64,000 nucleotides of DNA from Macrostomum lignano (Eukaryota): assembly GCA_002269645.1 (NCBI GenBank), contig NIVC01001637.1:62001-126000 (forward strand), written 5' to 3'. Shown here piece after piece: positions 12,584 to 23,576 of this stretch; position 1 is the first letter of the stretch, and each line of letters begins with the position of its first letter. The position numbers and the translations under genes are program-made. The notes under the pieces were generated by a model that saw nothing but the letters and a program-made list of their open reading frames with translations, had not been told where the DNA came from and searched no databases.

Positions 12584-13554
12584 CTGGTTCCTATTCTTTA
12601 AATTAAATACTCGACATTGCCTCGCTTTACTATTTAATCTAACCGTTAATGCCTGATAGCAGAGAAGACTTGAAAAAGCCATAGAACAATACTTTTAAGC
12701 GAGCCCCTCAGATTTTTTGCCATGAATTGGCTCGTTTCGCGTCCCGAGGGTTTTAGTTGTCCCTGGCTCCATCATCGTCAGCAGTCGACGTGAAAAGCGG
12801 TCCGGACGTTTGTCTGTCAAGAAACGTCGTCAAGGAGCGGCTGCCGGTGTCACTGACACTGTGCAGTCGGAGGCGAATATTGCACCTCGCGAGGACTGAG
12901 CGCGGGATGTCTGCTGTTACTTCAAATCTATTAATACCAAACTTGTTTGGCAGATGCCGGAGCCGTCTAGCTTGGCCTTATATCCCCCCCCACGTTTCTA
13001 GTTTTGCTTAATTCTAGCATTGTATATGCAGACATGCCTGGTTTGGTGCCTTGATAGAGATATCACGATGTTGGGGGTGCCAGCTCGTCAGGGCCGCGTG
13101 GTAACTAGCACTCCGTTGTTGAAGGTCCCGAAGGTCGCCTGTATGTCTACAGGTCAGCCTAGAGGGTCGCCATCGTCCATTTCATTCACCGATTATGTCT
13201 AATGACTGAATGCTGCATGTTTGAAAAGGATTAATTCTTCCATTTCTGCAGTTTTGGAAACGCAGCGTCTCTGAGATGCCGATCGGGTGCTTTAGTTGAA
13301 GGTCCCGACGGTCGCCGCCGATGCTCCAGACGGTGATGAAGAGGACCATTATGGTTCCTGGGATGCTGAGAGCCAAAGTCGCTGCGACTGATATGCATAG
13401 TTTGTTGAGCCGACGTGGTTTCATGTTGACATTTTGTGAGCAGAAACATTTTGTCAATTTTGGGGGATATTGACACCGGGCACCACGAGGAGAATCGTTG
13501 AATATGTCGACGACGCCGATATTTTGTGATTCTCAAAGTTGCTTCATCGAATAA

Positions 13555-13650
13555 AGCGGAAAATTTTAGCCCGTGTTCTGGATTTTCATGGCAATTCATG
13601 GTTGAATATTTTTGGAGATCCAGACAAAGGAAACAAAGGAAAAATGTGTG
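13555..13650 (+). repeat. About 90-bp dispersed repeat, also at 35103-35187
   Basis: Shared CTGGATTTTCATGGCAATT...GGTTGAATATTTT...CCAGACAAAGGAAA...ATGTGTG. Confidence 0.7.
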
Positions 13651-14554
13651 TATTTGAAATACACCCTCATGGTCTTTCTACTGTTACGGACATGCCATTT
13701 TTTTCTCAAATGCACACGGGGACCAGAAGTCAAAGATTCTCAAGCAAACCTCCGTTTTTTTGGAAGCTGGGACACCCGGAAGCGCGTTTGAGTCTCCAGG
13801 GGAGACCGCGGAAACCCGAAAACCCTAAGGTATAAAGCCGGTTGGCATCCAGCTGTCGGATTTCCATCCTCCAAACATTTGTATATTTCTGTTTTGCAAT
13901 TCAGACTTGTACTTTTGAGATAGCTCGCATTATTAGATTATCGTCTATTCGACACCAGCATTTTTAACTTGGATATGAAATTTCTGGCTCGACCCGCCAT
14001 CGAACCTCAATAACTCTTTTTTGTAGAAATTAAAAGCTTTGTAGTATAGGCAAGACTTCAGACTTGAGTTTAGCATACCTGACACTCAACACCGGTCTAC
14101 TTTCGCTATGCTGGATATTTCTAGAATTTATGTTTCCGAAACAGAGCCTGAAAAACTTTGGATGCCATCCGCATCACTTTGACTTAGTGGTAAATATTCA
14201 AAAGCGAAAAGGCAGGCAGAGAGACAGACGCACAATCAGCCACTAATACGAGCCGTACCACGTAAAGCTGCTAATAATGCTCTGAAAAAACCGCTCTGCA
14301 AATAAATGAACACTTTACTGGCCTCCTAACTAAAACTGGTAACTGGCATCAGACTGCTACTTTAAGTAGCAAAGCAGCAGCTACGATAGCAATTATTCTG
14401 TAGCCAAGCCGAACCGCACCCAAACCTCATTTATTTCTATTGGCCTGGGCAGCGCTGCCAATGGCAGGCAATTGTGACACAAATAAGCAAAAACAGTTAA
14501 GTTCCAGCAAAATGCGGCGCTTTCCGCATTCCACAGCACCGATAACAAGCCGAA

Positions 14555-16698
14555 ATGGAAGCTCTTTGGAGAATCCTTACAGCGATTTCAGCCGTTCTGA
14601 AGCAGACCTTCGGCAGGTCCGCAGGCCAAAGCGAGGGCCTTGATGGCACAGAGCAGGAGATCCTGGAAGCCGTTATGTTCGAAAATGAAACAAAAATTTC
14701 ACAATACCTGCAGAAACCTTCTAACGTTGATAGGCTCTTCAGCATCAATGAGATGACATTCTCACCGCTTCACCTTGCGTGTGAAGTGGGAAAAGACAAA
14801 ATTTTCGAAATGTTCATTCGAGCCCACGCTAACGTCAATCTTCAAGGAAACACTGGCTCGTCACCTCTCTTCATTGCATCACTTTTTGGTCACCACCAAG
14901 TTGTGAGCTCACTCATCAAAGCACAAGCTGACGTCAATCTTCAAGAAGTCGATGGCTGCTCACCTCTCTACATTGCATCACAGACTGGTCACCACCAAGT
15001 TGTGAGCTCACTCATCAAAGCACAAGCTGACGTCAATCTTCAACGAAACACTGGCGAGTCACCTCTCTACATTGCATCACTTTTTGGTCACCACCAAGTT
15101 GTGAGATCACTCATCAAAGCACAAGCTGACGTCAATCTTCAAGAAGTCGATGGCTGCTCACCTCTCTACATTGCATCACAGCAAGGTCACCACCAAGTTG
15201 TGAGCTTACTCATCAAAGCACAAGCTGACGTCAATCTTCAACGAAACACTGGTGGGTCACCTCTCCACATTGCATCAAAGAATGGTCACCACCAAGTCGT
15301 GAGCTCACTCATCAAAGCACAAGCTGACGTCAATCTACAACGAAACACTGGCGAGTCACCTCTCTACATTGCATCAAATTTTGGTCACCACCAAGTTGTG
15401 AGCTCACTCATCAAAGCACAAGCTGACGTCAATCTTCAACGAAACACTGGCGAGTCACCTCTCTACATTGCATCACAGACTGGTCACCACCAAGTTGTGA
15501 GCTCACTCATCAAAGCACAAGCTGACGTCAATCTTCAACGAAACACTGGCGAGTCACCTCTCTACATTGCATCAAATTTTGGTCACCACCAAGTTGTGAG
15601 CTCACTCATCAAAGCACAAGCTGACGTCAATCTTCAAGTAAACACTGGCGAGTCACCTCTCTACATTGCATCACAGAATGGTCACCACCAAGTTGTGAGC
15701 TCACTCATCAAAGCACAAGCTGACGTCAATCTTCAACGAAACACTGGCTCGTCACCTCTCTACATTGCATCACAGAATGGTCACCACCAAGTTGTGAGCT
15801 CACTCACAAAAGCACAAGCTGACGTCAATCTTCAACGAAACACTGGCTCGTCACCTCTCTACATTGCATCACAGAATGGTCACCACCAAGTTGTGAGCTC
15901 ACTCATCAAAGCACAAGCTGACGTCAATCTTCAAGTAAACACTGGCGAGTCACCTCTCTACATTGCATCACAGAATGGTCACCACCAAGTTGTGAGCTCA
16001 CTCATCAAGGCACAAGCTGACGTCAATCTTCAACGAGTCGATGGCTGCTCACCTCTCTACATTGCATCACAGCAAGGTCACCACCAAGTTGTGAGCTTAC
16101 TCATCAAAGCACAAGCTGACGTCAATCTACAACGAAACACTGGCGAGTCACCTCTCTACATTGCATCACATTTTGGTCACCACCAAGTTGTGAGCTCACT
16201 CATCAAAGCACAAGCTGACGTCAATCTACAACGAAACACTGGCGAATCACCTCTCTACATTGCATCACAGAATGGTGACCACCAAGTTGTGAGCTCACTC
16301 ACAAAAGCACAAGCTGACGTCAATCTTCAACGAAACACTGGCTCGTCACCTCTCTACATTGCATCACAGAATGGTCACCACCAAGTTGTGAGCTCACTCA
16401 TCAAAGCACAAGCTGACGTCAATCTTCAACGAAACACTGGCGAGTCACCTCTCTACATTGCATCACTTTTTGGTCACCACCAAGTTGTGAGATCACTCAT
16501 CAAAGCACAAGCTGACGTCAATCTTCAAGAAGTCGATGGCTGCTCACCTCTCTATATTGCATCACAGCAAGGTCACCACCAAGTTGTGAGCTTACTCATC
16601 AAAGCACAAGCTGACGCCAATTTTGAGAATATTCGCAGTCAAGAAGTGACTAAAATGTCATCTGCCTTGGAAAAACCGCTAAAGGAGTCAGATTTTGG
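14555..16698 (+). CDS. Ankyrin-repeat exon (19 repeats; 18 near-identical 99-bp units) of an ANK-cGAS-like (Mab-21) receptor gene
   Basis: 33-aa repeats G-x-SPLYIAS-xx-GHHQVVSSLIKAQADVNLQ-xxx. A phase-2 donor GG/GTAGGC at 16699 precedes the ORF stop and matches the phase of the acceptor at 17344. Confidence 0.9.
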
Positions 16699-17344
16699 GT
16701 AGGCTTCTCTTTTACCTTTTGCTTGATTTTTAACAGTAGGAACACCAAGCCAGCTGAGTTAAGATGGTTTTGGCATTGCTGATTTAAGCACACTGGTACG
16801 AAAAATGCTGACTTCTACACTTTGCTGACTAGCCATTTGTCGAGGGGGAGTCCGCTATCTCGCCACTCAATCACGTAACTTTCCGTTTTACTCAAACCGC
16901 TCAGACCAAGACCGCTCCCCAAATAAATTTGAACCAACCATACTACAGACACTGCATGGACATTCAGTCGAAATGGGACATCCAAAAATTTTGTTCCGGA
17001 CACTATCTGAATCCTATAGACACTTTCCCTTGGGTCATGGACACTCAGCCAGGAGGCAATACGCTCGTACGCTCATCCAATGGACCCACCTCCAGCCTGC
17101 CAGACTTTACCTCCATTACTCTGAAACTAAAATCTTAAGTCCTCGTCCCTAAGTCAATCCTTTTCCTCTTACTCGCACAAGTTAGATAATTTCTGCACTG
17201 ATAGTTTTAGCTAACTTACCGCATTTTTGATCAACTGCTTACAATCAATTCATGCACCGTTCGGGACTGCTGCCCATGCTGCACAAATTAGTCAATTAAC
17301 CTTTCTAGAAGCACATGTTTCTTCACAAAAAACTCACATTTTAG

Positions 17345-17688
17345 ATGCTGTCCCAGTGACTCCGAGCTGAGCCATCAGCTGCACTCAGCACTGGAGCAGT
17401 CAGGCTTCACCGAATCCCGAGCCGCATTGCAGAGCGCGGCTGCCGATGTCCTGCAGCAGATTCTGAGAAGTCGACTGAGCAACCATCCATTTTTTGTGGT
17501 CGGCAGCTACTCAGAAGGCTGGGGCAACAGCCTGACGACACTGGACGGCAGAACTGACGCCAATTCCGACATTGATGTCATGGATTTGATTCCCGGCCGA
17601 GAATACCACCAGAGAGGTCTGTGCGAGTGCGATGGAGCTCCGGAGCAGCACGAGTTGTTGAACGGGCACATTCAGTGTCCAGGATTCG
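17345..17688 (+). CDS. ANK-cGLR exon 2: nucleotidyltransferase catalytic motif
   Basis: Acceptor TTTTAG at 17344. VVGSYSEG...SDIDVM is the hG[GS]...DhDh motif of Pol-beta-superfamily NTases (cGAS/Mab-21/OAS). Phase-1 donor G/GTGAG at 17689. Confidence 0.88.
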
Positions 17689-18140
17689 GTGAGTTCTCTC
17701 TTGGGGAGTGAAATGATCTGTTAGTGCTGTTAGTGATTGCTGGAGATTCTGGCAGTGCAGACGTTTGCTTTTTGTGTGCAAAGCATTGGTGCAGAAAATG
17801 GTCTGTATGCGACAGCTGAGCTCAGTAAGCAGATCTGAACAAGAGCCTGACTGTCATCTTTCAGTCTGGATTAATTCCAACGCACATATGCATGCGCATT
17901 TAAATATGTAAATGTATTGAATTTGCTAGGTGTTAAGTAGCTATGCTGTACCCACAAAATAGAAAACTGTATTAACAACATGCATTTAGTCTATATCTTA
18001 TTTAGTAGCTTATAGAACATGGGCAACAAAAATTAATTTTCATCATTATTACTCGTTTCCCAATCAGCCCAAAGCATCACTGCAAAGACTCAAACCTTAA
18101 GTCAAATTTTGCCCAATCGGGAACCGAATCGTTTTTACAG

Positions 18141-19585
18141 CCTCCAATCCTGCCCAGCGGACACCCGGATGCACGCTGAGGCCAGCGCTGGACAGTGTCT
18201 CTGCATGCCGTCTCTGCCACTACCCGCCCATCGCGCCGCTGCTGCCAAACCGCGTCTCCAACATCCCCCATCAGGTGCTGGAGGCACTCCGGAAGGTTCT
18301 CACCTCCGCCTCATCGCCCTGTCACGTGGTGCACGCAGCCTCTCCTGACCGAGGAGGCGAAGAGCTCCGCGTGAGCACCAGCTTCCTGGAGAACCGGATG
18401 CTGCGAAGTCTCACTACCCTGCAAGGTCAACTGTTCGTCACACTCAAATACCTGGTCAAGAAGGTCATCTGTCACAAGAATGGCTTCAATCAGCAAGGCT
18501 TGAAGTCCTACCACGTGAAGACCATCACCTTCCGAATGGTGGATGAGACGCCGGTCGAGCAGTGGAAGAAGGAGAACCTCGTGAGTCTCACGAGACAGTC
18601 GCTGCAGATGCTGCTCGACTGTGTGGAGAAGAGCCGAGAGCAGGACAGACAAACACCTGACACACCTGACCGATCTCGGGGTCGCATCATGAACCATTTC
18701 TTTCTCAGCGATGCGGCCATCTACCTCAAGGGTGCGGACAAGGAGAGAGCGGACCAGCATTTGGACGGCATCATGAGCACACTGAGAACAGTAATCGATC
18801 GGCTGCCCCAACTGCTGCAGCAGTTCATCGGCAGTCTCAGACCTGTGAGCGACTCAGGCACATTCTACTTCCACCCGTTCCAAATTCTGCCGGATCTGAG
18901 GCCGATGTCCCTCACGAAATCTAGTGCTCTCAATTACTATCAGATCTTCGACGTGGTGAGAGAGTGTCTGGTGCGTCTCTCGCGCAGTGACTGCAGCCAG
19001 CGATCTCAGGAGTCGCTCACAGAGCTGATTGCCAGACTGCCAGACTGCGCCCTCTCAGCACGAGAGGCTCTCAGAGCGCTGGCTTGCCTGAAGTTCGGCT
19101 ACCGAGAAACTGCAGAGAGAGTCGTGAGCTCGTGCTCAGGTCACTCGGTGAGCAGAGGCATCGCTTGGTCACGTGAGAAGTCGGCGACTGAAGCGACTGT
19201 GGAGTTCGTGATGCGGCATCTGAGCAGCCGCGACTCGGCGTGGAAGTTTTGCTTTGAGTTCGACCAGCGACCGAAACTCGAGTTCTTGACAGGAGCTCTG
19301 AGGGAGTGCTTTCCCCTCCGGTTGTCAGGCAGTGCTGACCATTTCTACATGAACTTTGATGCTCTGCTGTGGGCTCTGCGGCTCGAGCTGCGGACTGATC
19401 GAGAAGCGCGCGCTCAGGACTGGATCCGGGATGTGGCTGAGAGAGAGGACTCGGATGAGCAGGAGCTGCTGGTTGCCGCTTTGAATTCTTTAAATCCGGA
19501 GCAGTTTCAGGAAATAGTAAAGAAGCTGAAGATGATGAGAGCAGATCTTCACAACTGGCTGAAGGCATATCAGAAGCACATGTAA
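18141..19585 (+). CDS. ANK-cGLR exon 3: remainder of NTase core, Mab-21 C-terminal helical domain and helical tail
   Basis: Phase-1 acceptor TTTTTACAG at 18140. ALDSVSACR probably carries the third acidic residue. LKYLVKK...LKSYHVKTITFRMVDE...W...L...L..LLDC...MNHFFL matches the Mab-21 C-lobe pattern (SYHLKT...W...HYF). The joined ORF is 3933 nt, or 1310 aa. Confidence 0.9.
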
Positions 19586-21180
19586 GCGCAGAAAGAAGCA
19601 GAGGAAAAAGTGGCATTTTTGGGCTGCAAGAAGTGGTTTTAGTGCATATAAACATGTTTTGCTCCAGATGAGCTGCTAATAATATATTATTTTGAAACTT
19701 TAAACTTCATTCCTGACTTTCATTTTTGCTGTTTTCAATTTGCTGTTAAATTCACTGAATTACAACTTGGGGTGCAGAACATCAGCTAGGAGTACAATAT
19801 AAAGCCAGTGAAAATTTGCTAGGCAAAATCTGCAGCAAAACATCTGCTCCCATTTGAGAGGCAACATAATACTTGACTCGCTACTTGCTTAATCCTCAAT
19901 ACTCGTAAATCACTCTTGGAAAAAATTTCAGCAAAAAATTCAAATAAAAAGGTTCTCAGATGTCTTGCACGGTTCCTATGAAACGCACGAGTCTCATTGC
20001 AAATCCGGAAAAAATTTCTGGGCCAAAACTCCAAAACTCCCAGTTTCCCCACAGTCACACGCATAATCCTATACCGTGGGTTGAGCTGGTCTGTCCCTCC
20101 ATTAAGTTTGACTTCTACAGCAAAACCAATGAGTAGCCGCGGCAATCGAATAATGTTTGATTTTCCCGCAGCTCTCCAACGCATGCTAGAAAGACTGCAG
20201 TTCTGTGTTCATGCAGCTGCTGTAGTGCCATTAATCATGAGCTGGGCTGGGAGACCAACTGCTCACTTCCCTCTGCCTGCACACACACAGCTCCCCACAC
20301 ACTCCTGTTGCAGCCCCCCATCCCAGGGGGCCGTAGCCCAGCGGTAGCGCAGCTGCTCTGGTGTGCCAGCAACCCAGGCTCGATTCCAAGTGCAGTCACA
20401 TTAATTTGGGGCTGAATTGGAATCTCGGCTCGGCTCTGCTCGTGCAATTAACGGCCTTGAGAGCCAACCCCCAAGGCGCAGAGAAGTGTACATGCCTAAC
20501 GATAAAATAAAGTTAGGGCCGCTGTACACTCCTGTGTGTGTGTATGCCTGCGTACGTATCCGCGCGCTTGTATGCCTGCTCAGGGGAGTCGGCGGAATGG
20601 GCAGTAATGCCTCTCGCCGGTTGTGGGCCTATGTCGCTTAAAGTGCGCCAGGGTGCACACAACCCCTGCCTCTAATAAAAAAGCCCCCCCCCAACAGACC
20701 CTCCCACAATACGCTGAGCTGGAAGAAAAGCTTGCAAACTTCTGGCCGCCTCTTAATCTTCGACCAGCTGTTTCATTTTTCTCCCCCCCCACAGAAGTAG
20801 TAAGCATTTTTTGGATGCATAGCTCGTTTTTATATGGCGAAATCAGTATGAAGTTCCAAGCACTATTTCAATGGGGGGATACACGCATAGCCTGTTTTTG
20901 CATAGCAAATCCATTAGGAAGTCCCAGCCACTAGACGATGAATTTCTATCCTACCCAGGCGCGTTTACCAAATCTCGTCCCCGTCATGTTCTTTCTAGCC
21001 ACACTCTTTCTTCTACATACGTGGTAGTACAATGCTGCGACCGTTTGTGTCACAGCAAATAAGAAAGGCACATACACACGCATCGCTTTATTGCCACAAT
21101 GTTTTTGTGAATCAGTTCGTTTGTAGACGAAAGCTTTTATATTTTTTGTCTGGATAAAAAACTATCAGGTCAAGCTTGCA

Positions 21181-21774
21181 TTAAAACCGGCGGCGCAGTA
21201 GGGGTTGAAGAACATGCTTGAGAAAAAGGCTCAGAGAGGAAAACGCGCGCGAGAAAGGGCTGCTGCGAGCCCGACCATGGCGTCGCATCACCCAGTGGAT
21301 GAACGAATTCAGATCCTTTCCACTAGCAAGTTTAAAAAACAGATAGAACAGAATCCAGGCTCCACAGTGGGCGGTACGGGGATCCTGCACCGCATAGCGC
21401 GTGTAACGCCAGTTTTTGGATCTCCATAATTTCGGCTCATCCAGTGGGAGATTTCAGGCAGCGGGTGCAAACCTAGCGGATCAAAGTATTCGCCTATCCT
21501 AGCTGGTCTAACAGCGCCAATAGGGCCTGCACAGACCCAGACAGCAACCCAGTGTTTTCCGGGCAAATTGCTAGGGTCGTGTTTACGATGAAAAAATAGT
21601 TACGCGTGTCTTTAAAGTACGGACTCGTGTTTAGATTAGGGATCGTTGGTAGAGAATCGCTTGGGTAAACTTCCATAAAAATGCATCAGGATAAATGCGC
21701 AATAGGTTTAGGCAGACCGAGCGCAAAAACACATTAGTTACGCTTGATAGAATAGTAGTGTTATCTACTTCCAT
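21181..21774 (-). pseudogene. Adenain-like cysteine protease (Polinton PRO), frameshifted
   Basis: Segments VYPSDSLP, FIVNT, PGKHWVAVW, GEYFDPLG and QDPRTAHCGAWILFYL give the His-Asp-Cys triad plus oxyanion Gln, spread over several frames. Confidence 0.88.
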
Positions 21775-23089
21775 ACAGATCCAGGTACCACGTCGCGGAA
21801 CTCCGTCAGATGCAGTTGCTTGTCGAATAGTCCGCCCACGATCACGTTGTAGACTTTGTCCGTGGCTGTCGCGAAGCGTAGTTCCAATCGTACATTGCCC
21901 TCTTTATATAGCTGTGCGCCTGCTCCGACACCCACCTCACTACCCAGTCCGAAGGCGTAGATAGTGTAGCCGGCTTTGTACTCTGTCATCGTGAACACCA
22001 AGTCGCGGTTACGCAGATGCAACCCCAGCTGTTGCAAAAACCACCCGTACTCCAAAACGCAGTCGCCACTATCGCTGTAGTCGGTTTCGAGGGGTCTTGT
22101 TGGCACCGGCTCCCCATTGACAAACACCCCCAAACTGCTCAGGTTGGCGTGTTCGAATCTAAACGGGTTTGTGTCCACACTCCCATTGAACGCTTTGTTG
22201 CTCACAAAGGCCAGAAGTAGAAGTTTCGGAACGCCGCTTGGGAAGAGATTCTCACGCGTGTAGCTAGACGTACCACTCGTAAAAGTAAACGTCCTCATCT
22301 GTAGCTGATTTATTGGATAGATGGCATTGTGCTGTTTCAACCCCGCAGCGTGCGCAGCGAGTACACTCGGCGAGGGGGTTACGTAGCGTACACGGAGCTT
22401 GGCCTTTAGCAACTCTATCTCGTAGCTCTTTAGCGGGTTTTCACCTATCGCACCGACCATGAGGGCGAAGGCAGCGGAAGACGGAATCAATTTTATTCGC
22501 ACAGGAGTTTTAGACAACAGAAACCGCGGCTGGCGGCACATGTCCAAGAACAAGGGCCCCGATAAGCGGTATTCTCGACCCCCTGCTATCAATGCGCGTC
22601 GGCGCCAAAGTTCGCGTCGCCGGCTGAATGCATTTGTCCAGCCGTGTCTTTGTAGAAACCCCAGGGCGTTAGACCACAGGTTTGAGCATCCGATCCATAT
22701 TCTAAAAGCGTCAGTAGCATGGCCTTGTAGGGGTACATGAAGGTTCCGCCTTCGACAACAGTGTCTCCAATAGTTAGTTGTACATCGCGGAACAGGCTCG
22801 CGATAGGTAAATTAATCAGCGCTACGTTGTTCTTCGTCGCATCAGCGGCTACTCCGTCCGTGTCTCGTACACGTATGGCCAGATTTAGAATCGTCTCTTG
22901 CAGATCCAGGTAGAGTGCATCCCCTGCGAAGACGACTTCGAACTCGATTGGGGCACCTTTAGAGAGTCCGTGTTGCGGCTGAATGTGGGTATACTGGCTG
23001 TCCACTACACTGCACTGTACAGCAGCCGCATCAAAAAGGGCCAACTCGCTTTTTAGTACTACACTGTCGGGGCCAAGCAACTGGTTCAT
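21765..23089 (-). pseudogene. Polinton major capsid protein (double jelly-roll), one frameshift near 22590
   Basis: KSELALF...PIEF...YLDLQET...SLFRDVQL...YPYKAML...FYKDTAG, then RIKL...AFNGS..TNPFRF...NGEPVP...YKAGYTIYAF...GNVRLELRFA; 166+275 aa. Confidence 0.9.
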
Positions 23090-23539
23090 TTTCGGTTTTC
23101 CAGGAGACTAAACAGCGATTTAGCAGCAACGGCCTTGCGATTCCGCTTTTTCTTCACCCTTCGCCGTTTCTTCTTGGTTAGACCCGTTCCTCGCTGGGTT
23201 TTTGCTGGTTTTCCACGGGTGCGAGCTTTCTTATCCCGTTTGCTTATAGTCTTCTGGGGGCGTTTTTTCGGCTGCGTATTTTGGGAACAGCTGCGCTCGC
23301 CATCTTGTAACCGCCTCCCGTGTGCTTTCGTTTGCGATTAGCGTTTGTTGTCTCGTTGCTAGTGCCTGATAGGTATTCCAAGCCCCGTGCCGAAAGATCC
23401 TTTCCCGCACTCCGCAAAACCGGGATCAACACTCGATTAGAGAGGTTGGAAAGGAATCCATAGCCTTCGTAGATCGGAATCGCTCGGGCGGAGGATCCTC
23501 CCCCGCTTTGAGTGGGTCCAGAATAGAAACTGGATCCAT
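23086..23539 (-). pseudogene. Basic core protein (adenovirus pVII-like) with QxGxG motifs, frameshifted
   Basis: Reads ...YSGPTQSGGGSS...YEGYGFLSNL..RVLIPVLRSAGKDL...HTGGG...QRGTGLTKKKRRRVKKKR. Its stop overlaps the MCP ATG (ATGA). Confidence 0.6.
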
Positions 23540-23576
23540 CAAGCGTTTAATTTCTATTATGTTCCAATTTCACAGT

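Larger units (their letters stand above)
7896..12765 (+). mobile_element. P-element superfamily DNA transposon (P1), 4870 bp including a nested element
   Basis: 116-bp TIRs at 7896-8011 and 12650-12765 are exact reverse complements (CAGGGACAACTAAAACCC...). 8-bp TSD GCTCCATC at 7888-7895 and 12766-12773. Encodes a THAP-P transposase. Confidence 0.97.

Noticed and set aside
7857-12890. 54-aa ORF reconstituted across the P1 insertion site (MKAVEKAYVRCSI/IVSSRREKRSG...)
   Set aside because: It is short, has no recognisable motif, and is compatible with chance.
14555-16702. Stand-alone 715-aa ankyrin protein
   Set aside because: A phase-matched donor just before the stop and an acceptor at 17344 join it to the NTase exons. 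A stand-alone isoform is not excluded but is less parsimonious.
16925-17140. Possible Gypsy integrase zinc-finger remnant (ILQTLHGHSVEMGHPKILFRTLSESY) in the cGLR intron
   Set aside because: The resemblance is weak, with no downstream CxxC or DDE and no LTR.
18068-18140. Alternative acceptor at 18067 for cGLR exon 3
   Set aside because: It puts the Mab-21 region out of frame; the acceptor at 18140 restores it.
19819-20641. ORFs between the cGLR and the Polinton
   Set aside because: No motifs, overlapping on both strands, and no splice support.
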